From: Nemertoderma westbladi
Lineage: Eukaryota > Animalia > Xenacoelomorpha
Direction of reading: 5' to 3'
DNA length: 32,915 nucleotides
Assembly: GCA_032718475.1 (NCBI GenBank)
Contig: JAUCBJ010008518.1
Location: 1-32,915, forward strand
Positions 11,373 through 23,300 of this stretch are shown here, piece after piece; position 1 is the stretch's first letter, and the number at the start of each line of letters is the position of its first letter. The notes beneath the pieces were generated by a model, which was not told the DNA's origin, did not search any database, and saw only the letters and a list, made by a program, of their open reading frames with translations. A program made the position numbers and the translations under genes.

Positions 11373-12336
11373 AGATGGATCAATCACCTTCCTCAAAAAT
11401 AAGCAGCATGTGTTCTGGTGAAATTTCGCACTTTTGTGTCCCTAAGCAAGACATGTTAGTACTATAGATTTCGGGGGAATAGGCCTAATGTATGGGTTGG
11501 ATAGTTATGGAGTGTTACGCTTGGGGGTTAGTGTGGCGCCCTAACTGCCCTTCAGGTAACAACCGAGAGAGGAGCTTTCGGGTTGCCACCGGTATTTCGT
11601 TTTTCACACATTGACCGATAACTTTCAATTATTGGTTGCAACTTTGCACCGTGGAATTCAAGATGACGAAAGACGTCTCTTATATTTAGATTTGGTACAC
11701 AAGTAGGACTAAATGCGATAACAGATTAATAACAGATGATTATTAATGTTAATGATTATTAATGTTTATGTTTTATTCAAACATTAAGGGTGGGGGGGGG
11801 GGGGGGTTCACCCCCAGTCTTTTTTTTCATCATATATTTTTTTAATGTGTTTTCCGATGTGAAATTTTATGGTGATTCCGAATCTGAAATCAGTCTTTCG
11901 ATAAGGTATTTTGTTCTCGAGTATGGGAACTTTTGTAATTTTCTCCCAAAATTTCAAATTTTTTAATTTTGGTGCAGCACCACATTTTACACCAAAAAAG
12001 ACCATCAAACACCCATAAATGTGCAAATTTTTGGCATTTTCGGAATCAGTGCCGAAAATTAGCCTATAGGTATCAAAACCACAAAAGTAGATAATATTTG
12101 AAAAATTTGAAAAAATTTTCACTTTTGGTGCATGTTTGGTCAGGTTGTTATCAGGATGAAATTTAAATGTCATTTTTCTCGCATTGGCTTTTTTGGGACA
12201 CTTTCTCTATCTACTTTTTAACTACTTAACGGATTTTCGTTCTGTTTGCAGAATTATGTAGAGGAATATTCCCCGCAAAAATTGTATAGACAGAACTTTG
12301 AAATTTTGTATCACAAAAATAGCATTTTTCGTTTAT

Positions 12337-13846
12337 ACACGACACGACACGACACGACACGACACGACACGACACGACACGACACGACACGACACGACAC
12401 GACACGACACGACACGACACGACACGACACGACACGACACGACACGACACGACACGACACGACACGACACGACACGACACGACACGACACGACACGACAC
12501 GACACGACACGACACGACACGACACGACACGACACGACACGACACGACACGACACGACACGACACGACACGACACGACACGACACGACACGACACGACAC
12601 GACACGACACGACACGACACGACACGACACGACACGACACGACACGACACGACACGACACGACACGACACGACACGACACGACACGACACGACACGACAC
12701 GACACGACACGACACGACACGACACGACACGACACGACACGACACGACACGACACGACACGACACGACACGACACGACACGACACGACACGACACGACAC
12801 GACACGACACGACACGACACGACACGACACGACACGACACGACACGACACGACACGACACGACACGACACGACACGACACGACACGACACGACACGACAC
12901 GACACGACACGACACGACACGACACGACACGACACGACACGACACGACACGACACGACACGACACGACACGACACGACACGACACGACACGACACGACAC
13001 GACACGACACGACACGACACGACACGACACGACACGACACGACACGACACGACACGACACGACACGACACGACACGACACGACACGACACGACACGACAC
13101 GACACGACACGACACGACACGACACGACACGACACGACACGACACGACACGACACGACACGACACGACACGACACGACACGACACGACACGACACGACAC
13201 GACACGACACGACACGACACGACACGACACGACACGACACGACACGACACGACACGACACGACACGACACGACACGACACGACACGACACGACACGACAC
13301 GACACGACACGACACGACACGACACGACACGACACGACACGACACGACACGACACGACACGACACGACACGACACGACACGACACGACACGACACGACAC
13401 GACACGACACGACACGACACGACACGACACGACACGACACGACACGACACGACACGACACGACACGACACGACACGACACGACACGACACGACACGACAC
13501 GACACGACACGACACGACACGACACGACACGACACGACACGACACGACACGACACGACACGACACGACACGACACGACACGACACGACACGACACGACAC
13601 GACACGACACGACACGACACGACACGACACGACACGACACGACACGACACGACACGACACGACACGACACGACACGACACGACACGACACGACACGACAC
13701 GACACGACACGACACGACACGACACGACACGACACGACACGACACGACACGACACGACACGACACGACACGACACGACACGACACGACACGACACGACAC
13801 GACACGACACGACACGACACGACACGACACGACACGACACGACACA
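12337..13846. repeat. Perfect pentanucleotide array (GACAC)301
   Basis: Uninterrupted GACAC from 12341 to 13845 (1505 bp), with partial units at each end. Confidence 0.99.
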
Positions 13847-14004
13847 ATATTTATATGTTACAATAAGCAGCTACCGGTACAGTATTTGCACTTTTTCGTG
13901 ATTGGTTGTAATTTTATTTACACCAATCAGAGCATTGTGCCAATAGTTTTTTAAGGGCTACCAATTAAAGTTTACTCAAAAAACATAAAAAAAATTAGCA
14001 AAAC

Positions 14005-14939
14005 ACATACTTTTTGCACCAAATAATTTACTCATTGACCAAATAACATATAAGCGGACAAAAAATTAATCTGGCCAAAAAAAACACATACTTTTCGCAC
14101 CAAATAATCTTCTTGTTCACCAAAAAAATATATCTAAACTAATGTTATAAATTCAACCCAAAAATTAAAACATCAGCCCCAAATCACACATTTAATACAC
14201 TAAAACACATTATTGCAAACAACAATAGTCAGGTATATGATATTTTCTCCATAGAGACGGCTTTTTCTAACCAAAACAATAAACGATGTTGATACCAATA
14301 GAGAGAAAGGAGCAGGTTACAGAGACTAAACTATGTTGTTACCAATTGAGGGACAGGAACAGGTTATAGAGAAGGCTTTTCTAACCAAAACAATAAACGA
14401 CGTTGATAACAATAGAGAGAAAGGAGCAGGTAACAGAAACGGAATTTTCTAACCAAAACAATAAACTATGTTGTTACCAAGTGAGGAAAAGGAGCAGGCT
14501 ATAGATACGACTTTTTCAAACCAAAACCATAAACGATGTTGTTACCAATTGAGGGAAAGTTGCAGGTTACAGAGACGGCTTTTTCTAACCAAAACAATAA
14601 ACGATGTTGTTACCAATTGAGAGAAAGGTGCAGGTTACAAAGACGCGGATTTTTCTAACCAAAACTATAAACTATGTTGTTATCACTTCAGGGAAAGAAG
14701 CAGGTTATTGGGACGGCTTTTTCTAACCAAAACAATAAACGATGTTGTTAACAATATCGAATATAAAAATACTTTGGGACGAATATAAATAATTTGGTGC
14801 GAAAAGTATGTAATCTGCGAAATAAATATGTATTTAGACGTAGCTTTAATGTATATTGCTTACAGAAAACATGAAATTTGGGGGATTGGGGCTATCGTTT
14901 TGGGGTGGTAAAAAAGTATATTTGGTGCGAAAACTATGC
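14005..14939. repeat. Foldback-like structure: repeated 20-bp motif in inverted orientation on both sides of the minisatellite
   Basis: ACATACTTTTCGCACCAAAT (14086-14105) is the exact rc of 14792-14811. Second, imperfect copies at 14005-14024 and 14920-14939. Confidence 0.7.
14251..14755. repeat. 68-bp minisatellite, about 7.5-8 diverged units
   Basis: Consensus AGAGACGGCTTTTTCTAACCAAAACAATAAACGATGTTGTTACCAATTGAGGGAAAGGAGCAGGTTAC; the second unit has an internal deletion. Confidence 0.92.
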
Positions 14940-15049
14940 AATCTGGGAAAGAAATAATTTGTGGTCTTTTTTAAGGCTCATTAGGACATTAGTCGAACCC
15001 ATACCGGCCCGGGAAATTCAAATTGCAGAAAAACTCCACACTTCCACAA

Positions 15050-15225
15050 TGTAGGGCGAGCCACGAAGTGAGTGAGCCTTAGCGTAGTGGTACCATTAAT
15101 CAACCTGTGGGGCGAGCCACGAAGTGAGTGAGCCTTAGCGTAGTGGTACCATTAATCAACCTGTCGTTCTGTGGGGCGAGCCACGAAGTGAGTGAGCCTT
15201 AGCGTAGTGGTACCATTAATCAACC
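15050..15225. repeat. 56-bp unit repeated three times
   Basis: TGT(A/G)GGGCGAGCCACGAAGTGAGTGAGCCTTAGCGTAGTGGTACCATTAATCAACC at 15050, 15106 and 15170; one TGTCGTTC between copies 2 and 3. Confidence 0.95.
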
Positions 15226-15641
15226 TGTCGTTCTGTCGTTCTGTCGTTCTGTCGTTCTGTCGTTCTGTCGTTCTGTCGTTCTGTCGTGTTCAATTTTAAA
15301 CGTTAATAACTCGGCCAATCTTTGATGAAATCTATCCAAACTTGGTACACATGTTGTTTGGCAAAAGTTTAGAAATTTTCCAAGTAGAATTTCCGTGTGG
15401 CCTTCGAGAAGCTAAGATAATAGCAGTTAATTAGTTAATTAAGTTGATTGCGGTGAAAACGCCATTTTCAACCTGCCTTTTAAAGGAAATTAATTGTTTT
15501 ACAGTATAAGATTTAAATAATTATACTTAAAAATTATACAGATATAATCCCCATACGCCATTCTATTATAGTTTTTAATTAGTTTAAGTGATTTGCTTTA
15601 ATAAATGTGTCTTTAATTGATCTAAACGTAATTAAACCGCA
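15226..15641 (+). mobile_element. Interspersed repeat copy A, (TGTCGTTC)7-headed; DINE/HINE-like candidate
   Basis: Near-identical to 16797-17180 in direct orientation, with a leading 8-bp microsatellite. The family label is an inference from architecture. Confidence 0.65.
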
Positions 15642-16256
15642 CAATTATTGAGTACAAATTTAATCCTTCCCATTATTGGTCAAGTCTCTGCTGGTGTGGA
15701 GCTAGCTGCTGGGAGTTGTGGCTGTAGACTAACCTGAGAGGAATTGTAATAGAGGCAACCAGTATTGCTATTCCAGCCCAATCACTGAATTGTGTTTATT
15801 ATAGGCTGGACGGGCCGCATAACCGTTCGACTATTACTACTATATATAATCCAACATCCCAATATCCTTCCTGTATTGACTCTACTATAAGTGTTGTATT
15901 GCTATCTCAGTTAAATGACAGATATAATAACATAAATACAATCCATGGCATGGCTGTTGTAGGCTTCTGAAATAGTTTATTCCACAATGTATATGTCTGG
16001 TTATTTTTTAATTGAATTTTTGCAAAGTAGTAAAATTAATGTTCTTAAAAATAATATTATTATTTTATATGTAACCTAGGAAATTAGCTACATTTTTTCG
16101 CTGCAGCTTTAAGAGTGTACATTGATTTAATATTATTTCAATACCCATATTACTACATCGGTATAAGATGCGTTGGCGTTGTATCACACATCTCCACATA
16201 GATGTATCAACAGTTACTCGCACAGTTTCGAAACTTCGCATAGTTATAACTGTATA

Positions 16257-16548
16257 AAGATCGTCAGTCTGCGTTTAGGAAAAATATTTTATGACAAAAC
16301 AGGACAAGCGACGAGCGCAACGATGCATATAATGAAGACGAGTACTGCGTTGACTAAATTATTATATAAACCACCTGGCTTCACATATTGATCGCATCCC
16401 TAGTTATTATTATTATAAAGATCGCCCTAGCCTGCGTTTAAGAAATATATTTAAATACAAAACAGGACGAACGCAAAGAGGCTTATAATGAAAACGAGTA
16501 CTGCGTTTATTATATTCCTATAAACCACCTGGCTTTGCATATTTAACG
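16257..16548. repeat. Old tandem duplication of about 140-160 bp
   Basis: AAGATCG...CTGCGTTTA...ACAAAACAGGAC...TATAATGAA.ACGAGTACTGCGTT...TATAAACCACCTGGCTT occurs from about 16257 and about 16418. Confidence 0.8.
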
Positions 16549-16796
16549 TGCGATTGGAAATAAGTTCGTGCTACCCTTCCGTGGGTGGTAGATGTCGCGG
16601 TTATGTATTGGTGGTTGGGAAGGGTGGGGGGGGGGGGGGGGGGGAGATTAAAAGGGGTGAACACGTACTGTCCACCTTTCTTTGATTGATTGGTGGTGTG
16701 GGTAAATTTCTCAAAACCTGATTTTGTGATACAGTCGCTGCATTTTAATTTGTATATAATAACTAGGCCTCGTGCTGCGCGAAGTCCCCACGAACG

Positions 16797-17180
16797 TGTC
16801 GTTCTGTCGTTCTGTCGTTCTGTCGCGTTCAATTTTAAACGTTAATAACTCGGCCAATCTTTGATGAAATCTATCCAAACTTGGTACACATGTTGTTTGG
16901 CAAAAGTTTAGAAATTTTCCAAGTAGAATTTCCGTGTGGCCTTCGAGAAGCTAAGATAATAGCAGTTAATTAGTTAATTAAGTTGATTACGGTAAAAACA
17001 CCATTTTCAACCTGCCTTTTAAAGGAAATTAATTGTTTTACAGTATAAGATTTAAATAATTATAATAAAAAATTATACAGATGTAATCCACATACGCCAT
17101 TCTATTATAGTTTTTAATTAGTTCAAGTGATTTGCTTTAATAATTGTGTCTTTAATTGATCTAAAGTAATTAAAACGGCA
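16797..17180 (+). mobile_element. Interspersed repeat copy B, (TGTCGTTC)3-headed
   Basis: Direct copy of 15226-15641 with a shorter microsatellite and scattered substitutions. Confidence 0.65.
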
Positions 17181-17618
17181 AAAAAATTGATTCTCATTAA
17201 ATACTGATCATTTATTGGTTAACATCCAAGTTGGCTCGGTGCTGGTATATAGGATAGGAAGGATGTTTGGTGTGTGTAGAACAGCCAGTGCTCTTCAATG
17301 GGAATGCGAATGTAAGTAACCACATGTGTACAGGCCGGTAGACAGATTGGCCATAGCTAGCTAACGAGATGGAAATCTGAATTCGCTACTATTCAGTCTA
17401 TTATTGTGTTATTGTGTGTTAGACAGATCTCATTTAATAAATGTCAGTCAATAACATTTTACCACTGCAGAAGGTTTATATCCATACTTGTTTTTTCCTC
17501 ATAAATATTGGGCTTATTATTTTTTGATGGGATTTCTTTGTAGTTGAATTGTCTAAGTTTTTACACTGAGGCATTAACAGAGGGTACTGGTATTAAATTA
17601 ATTATTCGAATGGTGTTC

Positions 17619-17734
17619 GGACACTTCCCCCCCGGACACTTCCCCCCCGGACAGTTCCCCCCCGCTCAAGTAGGACACTTCCCCCCCGGACACTTCCCCC
17701 CCAGACACTTCCCCCCCGCGGACACTTCCCCCCC
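17619..17734. repeat. (GGACACTTCCCCCCC)7 array; G-quadruplex-prone on the minus strand
   Basis: Seven 15-bp units (3+4, separated by GCTCAAGTA), two of them with single substitutions. Confidence 0.92.
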
Positions 17735-18874
17735 GACTGTTCTTAACTTCGCACATTCGTATTTTTCATTTTGTAAGGTAAACGGACCGCTTGTATCCAG
17801 ATAAGTTGTATCCAATTTTCCTTTCGTAGCTCAGAAAGTGATCTTTTGCATCCCGATTTTACATTTTATATCCAAGTTTTATTTATGGGTTTTATCAATG
17901 CAATTACATCGTATTGTTTGCTAATCTTTAAACAATTAATTATATTAGATGACCTATAAATTCCATCCCCGGAATGATATACTGTTTTTATTAACTATAG
18001 AATTATAATAATTAATTGTTTTAATTATAGGTATTATTATGTAATAGTCTTCTTCAAATTGTAGCAGATGGGGATGAATATTATTGTTGCAATCAAAATT
18101 ATACCTCTCCAGGGTAAAATCGACATGCGTCGACCTGTATTCTGTATTCAGCCATGACCTACTAAAGTACGACCTGCCAAGCTGCAGCAGCCCCCCGAAA
18201 TTAGTGGGCCGGTTTTTAAAATTTAAATATAGCTTGCCTTCCAGGTATGATAATGTTAGGGAATAAATAATTATTATTATAATTGATTCATTAATTAGCT
18301 ATGGCCTACAGTAATCTGGTAATAAACCAATACCGGTCCTGTAGACCTCAGGTTTGTCACCAGACTGTTCCCTATCCACTATCCATACAGGATACAGCTA
18401 TCTGTATGTATACATTACCATACTGCCATACAGTACAGCAGCAGTACCAGAGTACACCAGTATGCAGTACACTACTCAGTCATTTTCGCCACTACCTACC
18501 TACCAGGACTGCAGGACCAGCAGACTGGTACTTGGTACTGCCTTAGGGCCCTAGTGTTCCAAATTAAAAGTATTTCTACCTACTGCCTACTGGCCGACTA
18601 GCTGCAAGCTGAGGTCAGGAGGTAGGCGACTTTTCAAAGCATAACCAGGTAGGACCTCCAGCCCCCAGCCCCCAGCCTGACTGGAATACTTAGGCCTACC
18701 ACCTACAGGCAGACAGGTTTAACTGCATTGCGGCGCGCACAATATGTACTGATGTAAGTATTCCAGTCAGGGTACCCACCCATGGTACCACCAGAACGAA
18801 CGAAACCGAACCGACTTAATCTTCCAGCATCGTCATCTATACCAGTATACCATATATACCAGTATATTATTATA

Positions 18875-20012
18875 ATGGTTGGGAAATGCTGTGTTTATGG
18901 TTGCAAGTCAGGATATGCATCACAGTCGACTAGTTCAACCACCGCCAGTCCTACACCATCCATGTTTAGTTTTCCGCAATCATCATCTCCGGTTTATCAC
19001 ACATGGCTACAGTTTATGTCAAACCGTTCTGAGAATACATTATCCTCACCTTGGACTCCATCTAGTAGCTCCAAAGTTTGTATACTTCACTTTGAAAATG
19101 AGTTCATTAATAGAAATACCTTAAGGCCAACTCTTAAGAAGGAAGCATACCCAAGTATTTATCCTCAGAGTGTTCCTAGTTGGGCTGCCAAACAAGTTAC
19201 ACCTATTAGGAAACAACCAATTAAGCGTTTATTCCAACCAGACGAATTAGAGGAGTTTACAAAACGAACTCGTATTTCATCCCTTGAACAACTGCATAAA
19301 TACATTGCAACAAAGCCTATCGAACTCACTGGATATGAAGTTAAAGCGGACATTGAGTCATTGACAATCTTTAAACTGAATATAGTAAGTGGTATACCAA
19401 CTATTTCTGAAACGTTAAACATCAGTAACAACTTAAATGTTAGATTATCCTATAATGGAATTCCTTTGACTCTACCAAGTTGGTTGCGATCTGTTCATAA
19501 CTGTCAATTGAATTCTACAACAATGATTTCTGAACTACTAAACTTCTGCCGAATTCATAAGGATGACAATGAGTCGATTATTAGCAGTTTCTTCTCTCTA
19601 CAATTTATAAAACCAAAAGGTCGCCCTAAATACAGTTCTGAGCAGATTAGGTTTGCTTTACTCCTTCGTTACACTTCCGTAAATGCCTATAAATTATTAA
19701 AGACTCAACTTCCTTTGCCATCACTATCATTACTACGTAGTATCACCTCGGGAACTGTGGATTGCATGGCTGCCCTAATATTAATGAGGGAGTCTGGTAA
19801 TATTTCCAATGATATATTATTGTTGGTAGACGAGATTAAGTTGCAGGAGCAGGAAATGTATAGTAGTGGTCAGTTCTTTGGTAAGGATGCCTCATCAGAT
19901 CAACTTTATTCTGGTCTTGTGTGCTTTATGGTGACTTCAATGAAAAAATCTATTGCTATAGTTATTCATGCCAAACCAGTTGTTTCCGCGACGCATTCTA
20001 CAGTACAGGTGG
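18875..20012 (+). CDS. THAP-domain P-element-type (THAP9-like) transposase, 5' part, interrupted by LTR insertion
   Basis: THAP C2CH signature CCVYGC...FSFP...W...WTP...VCILHF...AYPSIY; AYKLLK..LPLPS..LLR block; first catalytic Asp in LLLVDEIKL. Likely start is the ATG at 18875 (MVGKCC). Confidence 0.88.
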
Positions 20013-20259
20013 TGGGGTATATATATTGTGGCTCGCCCCATATGTGTAAACTCTAACAGTAGTTATTGTGTTACCGGTACACTGACTGGGATATAATTCC
20101 GTACTCTTGTACAACTACCATAGGCATTATGCTGCCTATATATTATTTTATATGTTAAACTGCTAATGTTATTTTAGTACTGGTGATTGGTTTGTCATTA
20201 AAACTGGCCCGAAGCGATTACCCTGCTATTACAGTTTTCCCTTCGAACACACCACACCA
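20013..20259 (+). repeat. Gypsy 5' LTR
   Basis: TGGGGTATATATATTG...ACACCACACCA; differs from the 3' LTR only at 20100 (C) versus 25054 (A); ATTAAA at 20197. Confidence 0.97.
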
Positions 20260-20269
20260 TGGCGCAGTC
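20260..20269 (+). promoter_or_regulatory. Primer-binding site, probably tRNA-Ser
   Basis: TGGCGCAGTC immediately follows the 5' LTR; same start as the tRNA-Ser-type PBS of Drosophila 17.6/297-like elements. Confidence 0.7.
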
Positions 20270-20398
20270 TAAGGCGTAACCCGCGCCTACACCCAGATAC
20301 GGTTAATCAGCGATCATTCCCGGTCGATTAGCCTACCTAAACTGCAATTCCTTCGCCTACAGAGATACGATAAACTGCAACGACTCATTGCCGTCGCT

Positions 20399-23300
20399 AT
20401 GTCTGAAGTGGTGACGCTTAAAAAGTCCAGGAAGGGCTACAAAGCGAACCTCACGGCACAACTAAATGCCGCCGATGATTTAATCCATCGATTTATAAAC
20501 TCAGGCGATACAGGTTCGAGGGGTGATCCGGATCACCTATTCCAGATTGGAAACGTTGTAGAAACACGTCTCGAGGCGTACTCTAATTCTCACATGGCCG
20601 TGTCATTGGCAATGGATGAGAGCGAGGAAGATACAACCGGCGACACGGCATTCGGGGAGACAAATCTCCGAGCACGCCGAATTATTGCCGAAATAAACCG
20701 GATAGGAAAGGAGGAACTTCGAGCTACATCTATCCAACCCGATAGAACCTCGGCTTCCTCTTCCACAACTGCAACGGATTCATCCTCGAGTCCATGGAGG
20801 GAGAAGGCTAAACCTCCTCCCTTCCTCGATGCGGAAACAGACTTTATTAAGCTTAATAATTGGCGCCGATCCTTCGAACTCTATCAACGACAGGTAGGGA
20901 TTTTGAATGCCGCTGAAACTGAGAAAGTCGCATCGTTTTTCGGATGTTGCAGTCCGGGGTTTCTTGATCGAATTGTCAAGAGTATAAACATCCCGACTAG
21001 TACAACACTCCCACTCAAGGATGTACTCGATGAGATAGCCAAGTATCTCCGAAGTCGTCGCAATCTCGTCCTTGATCTCAAAGCTTTCCTGGATCTAGTA
21101 AAACCGGCAACTCAACCGATAGACTCTTTCCTTGTTAAATTTAAGGAACTCGAAGATCTGAGCAACATTGAGAACCTAGACTACGGTACCGATCTGAGGC
21201 CGTTCTTCCTGGCAATGACCTTGAAGGAATCTAGAATTCAGAAGAAAATATTTGCTTCTTCACCCCGCAAGACTTTTGATGAAATAGTCCAAATGGTCCG
21301 AACTGAGGAGGACGCTGTTGCAGCGGTAGCTGGACTCGGAGGTTCGGCTGCAAATTCCTCCGTTTGCGCCTTCAGTAAACCCGCAGAGAAATCCGGTAAA
21401 AGTCGCAAAAAACCGCCGAAAACTGAGTATAAGGCGGGGAAAGATAGGGCAATGATGGACCCATCTAAGTCTGTGCAAAATAAGTCGCCCGACACATGTG
21501 GACAATGTGGTCTAAAGCGCCTATGCAACGCTGACAATCCCTGCCCAGCAAAGAAGGCCCAGTGCAGATATTGTAGTGGAGTGGGACATTTTGCATCTGT
21601 TTGCCGCAAGAAAATTCGCGAAGAAAACAAGGCTACCAAAACTGTTAATGCAGTGTGTGCTGTAAATAGATCGGGTAAGACTGTTCCTGTAATTGTATTT
21701 TTTAACTCAGTAACAGCCACTACCAAGGCATTCCCAGACACACAGGCAGATGAGTCTGTCGCAGGCAGAGAGTTTTTGGAAATTTTGCAAATTGGGGTGA
21801 ATGACCTTACTAGACCAACAGACAATAAACTGGTTAGTGTGGATGGTACCCCGTTAAAACAGCTGGGAGTAATCCATATTGCAATGAAAGTGGGCAGTAA
21901 TGTAACTGAAGCTGATATCACAATATGTGAAGGAATAAAAGGCCTATTTCTGAGTTGTGAGGCTTGTAAGGAACTCAATATTGTTCATACAGAATTTCCC
22001 AACCCGATGGGTACCAACAATTCTGTCAATAATCCAAATTCCCACACTATTGCTGCCGCTTCCAGTGATCAAGGTCTACCACCATGGTCCACTAATTGGC
22101 TCAATACGCTCCCAGACAGACCAAAATCCGGTGATGCAGATGAATGCTACAAGTTTCTTCAGTCAAAATATCCTACAGTTTTTGACTCAAATAGCCTCGG
22201 GGAAATGACGGGACCAGGTGTTGGTACACCGATGAAAATCGTTGTTAAGGAGGACACCGTTCCCTTTAAACTCACAGCACCAAGGACCATTCCTTATGCA
22301 TATAGAGAAAAAGCGAAAACTGAAATTCAACATATGGTTGAACTTGGGATCATATCTCCTGCAGGTGATACACCCACAGACTGGATCCATCCCCTTGTAG
22401 TTGCACCCAAATCTGATGGAACTGTCCGGGTGTGCGCGGACCTAACGAAGCTGAACTCCCAAGTAAAACGTTCTGTTCATCCGGCTAAAACGCCTGCTGA
22501 TGCTGCTAATTCCATTGTCGCTGGTGGAGCCAATAGATTTTTCCTGAAACTAGATGCCAAGAAAGGCTATTGGCAACTCCCACTTGCCAATGAGTCAAAG
22601 CCATTAACGACTTTCATTACCCCATGGGGTCTGTATTATTATAATAGGGCGCCCATGGGATTTGATTCTTCTGGTGACTCATACAACCAGCGGGGCGACT
22701 TAGCATTCCAGGGAATTGATGGAGTTGAGAAAGTTGTAGATGACACAGGCAGTGGCGCTCCTACATTTCGCGCCATTTTTGAACGAGCAATTTTGCTGCT
22801 CGAGCGGTGTAACAAATTTGGAATTGTTCTCAACACATCCAAGACGGAAATTGGTGTAGAGGAACTTAAGTTTGTCGGTTACATTATCAACAAACATGGA
22901 GTCACAGCTGATCCATCGAAGGTCAGTGCAATCTCTGAGTTTCCCACTCCAACAACCAGAACCGAACTGAAGTCGTTCCTCGGTTTAGCAAACCAACTCG
23001 CCGAGTTTTCGCCTGATTATAAGGCTGCCAGTGCACCATTACGTCCTTTACTCAGCACTAAGCGTGAGTTTATATGGACGGAATTGCATACCAGAGCAGT
23101 CGAGGCTGTCAAGAAGACTCTACTCTCCCCAGCTGTGCTGGCACCATGGGATCCCAATGCATTTGAGACTGCACTGCACACGGATGCATCTCGGATTCAT
23201 GGACTCGGGTTTACTTTACTCCAGCGCTCCCAACCAAACTCCTCCTGGCACCTCATCCAGTGTGGTAGTCGGTTTCTGGCTGACCCAGAAACTCGATATG

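Noticed and set aside
11783-12200. 121-aa minus-strand ORF / possible TTAA-bounded DNA transposon remnant
   Set aside because: No recognisable protein motifs, and no matching second terminus could be identified.
12226-13901. Five 500+ aa ORFs of (DTTRH)n / (VSCRV)n
   Set aside because: Artefacts of a stop-free pentamer repeat; no independent coding evidence.
14251-15290. CRISPR-like appearance of the 68-bp and 56-bp arrays
   Set aside because: Whole units repeat with no unique spacers, there are no cas genes, and the context is eukaryotic.
17544-17804. 86-aa ORF with GHFPP repeats
   Set aside because: Translation of the 15-bp DNA repeat, non-ATG start.
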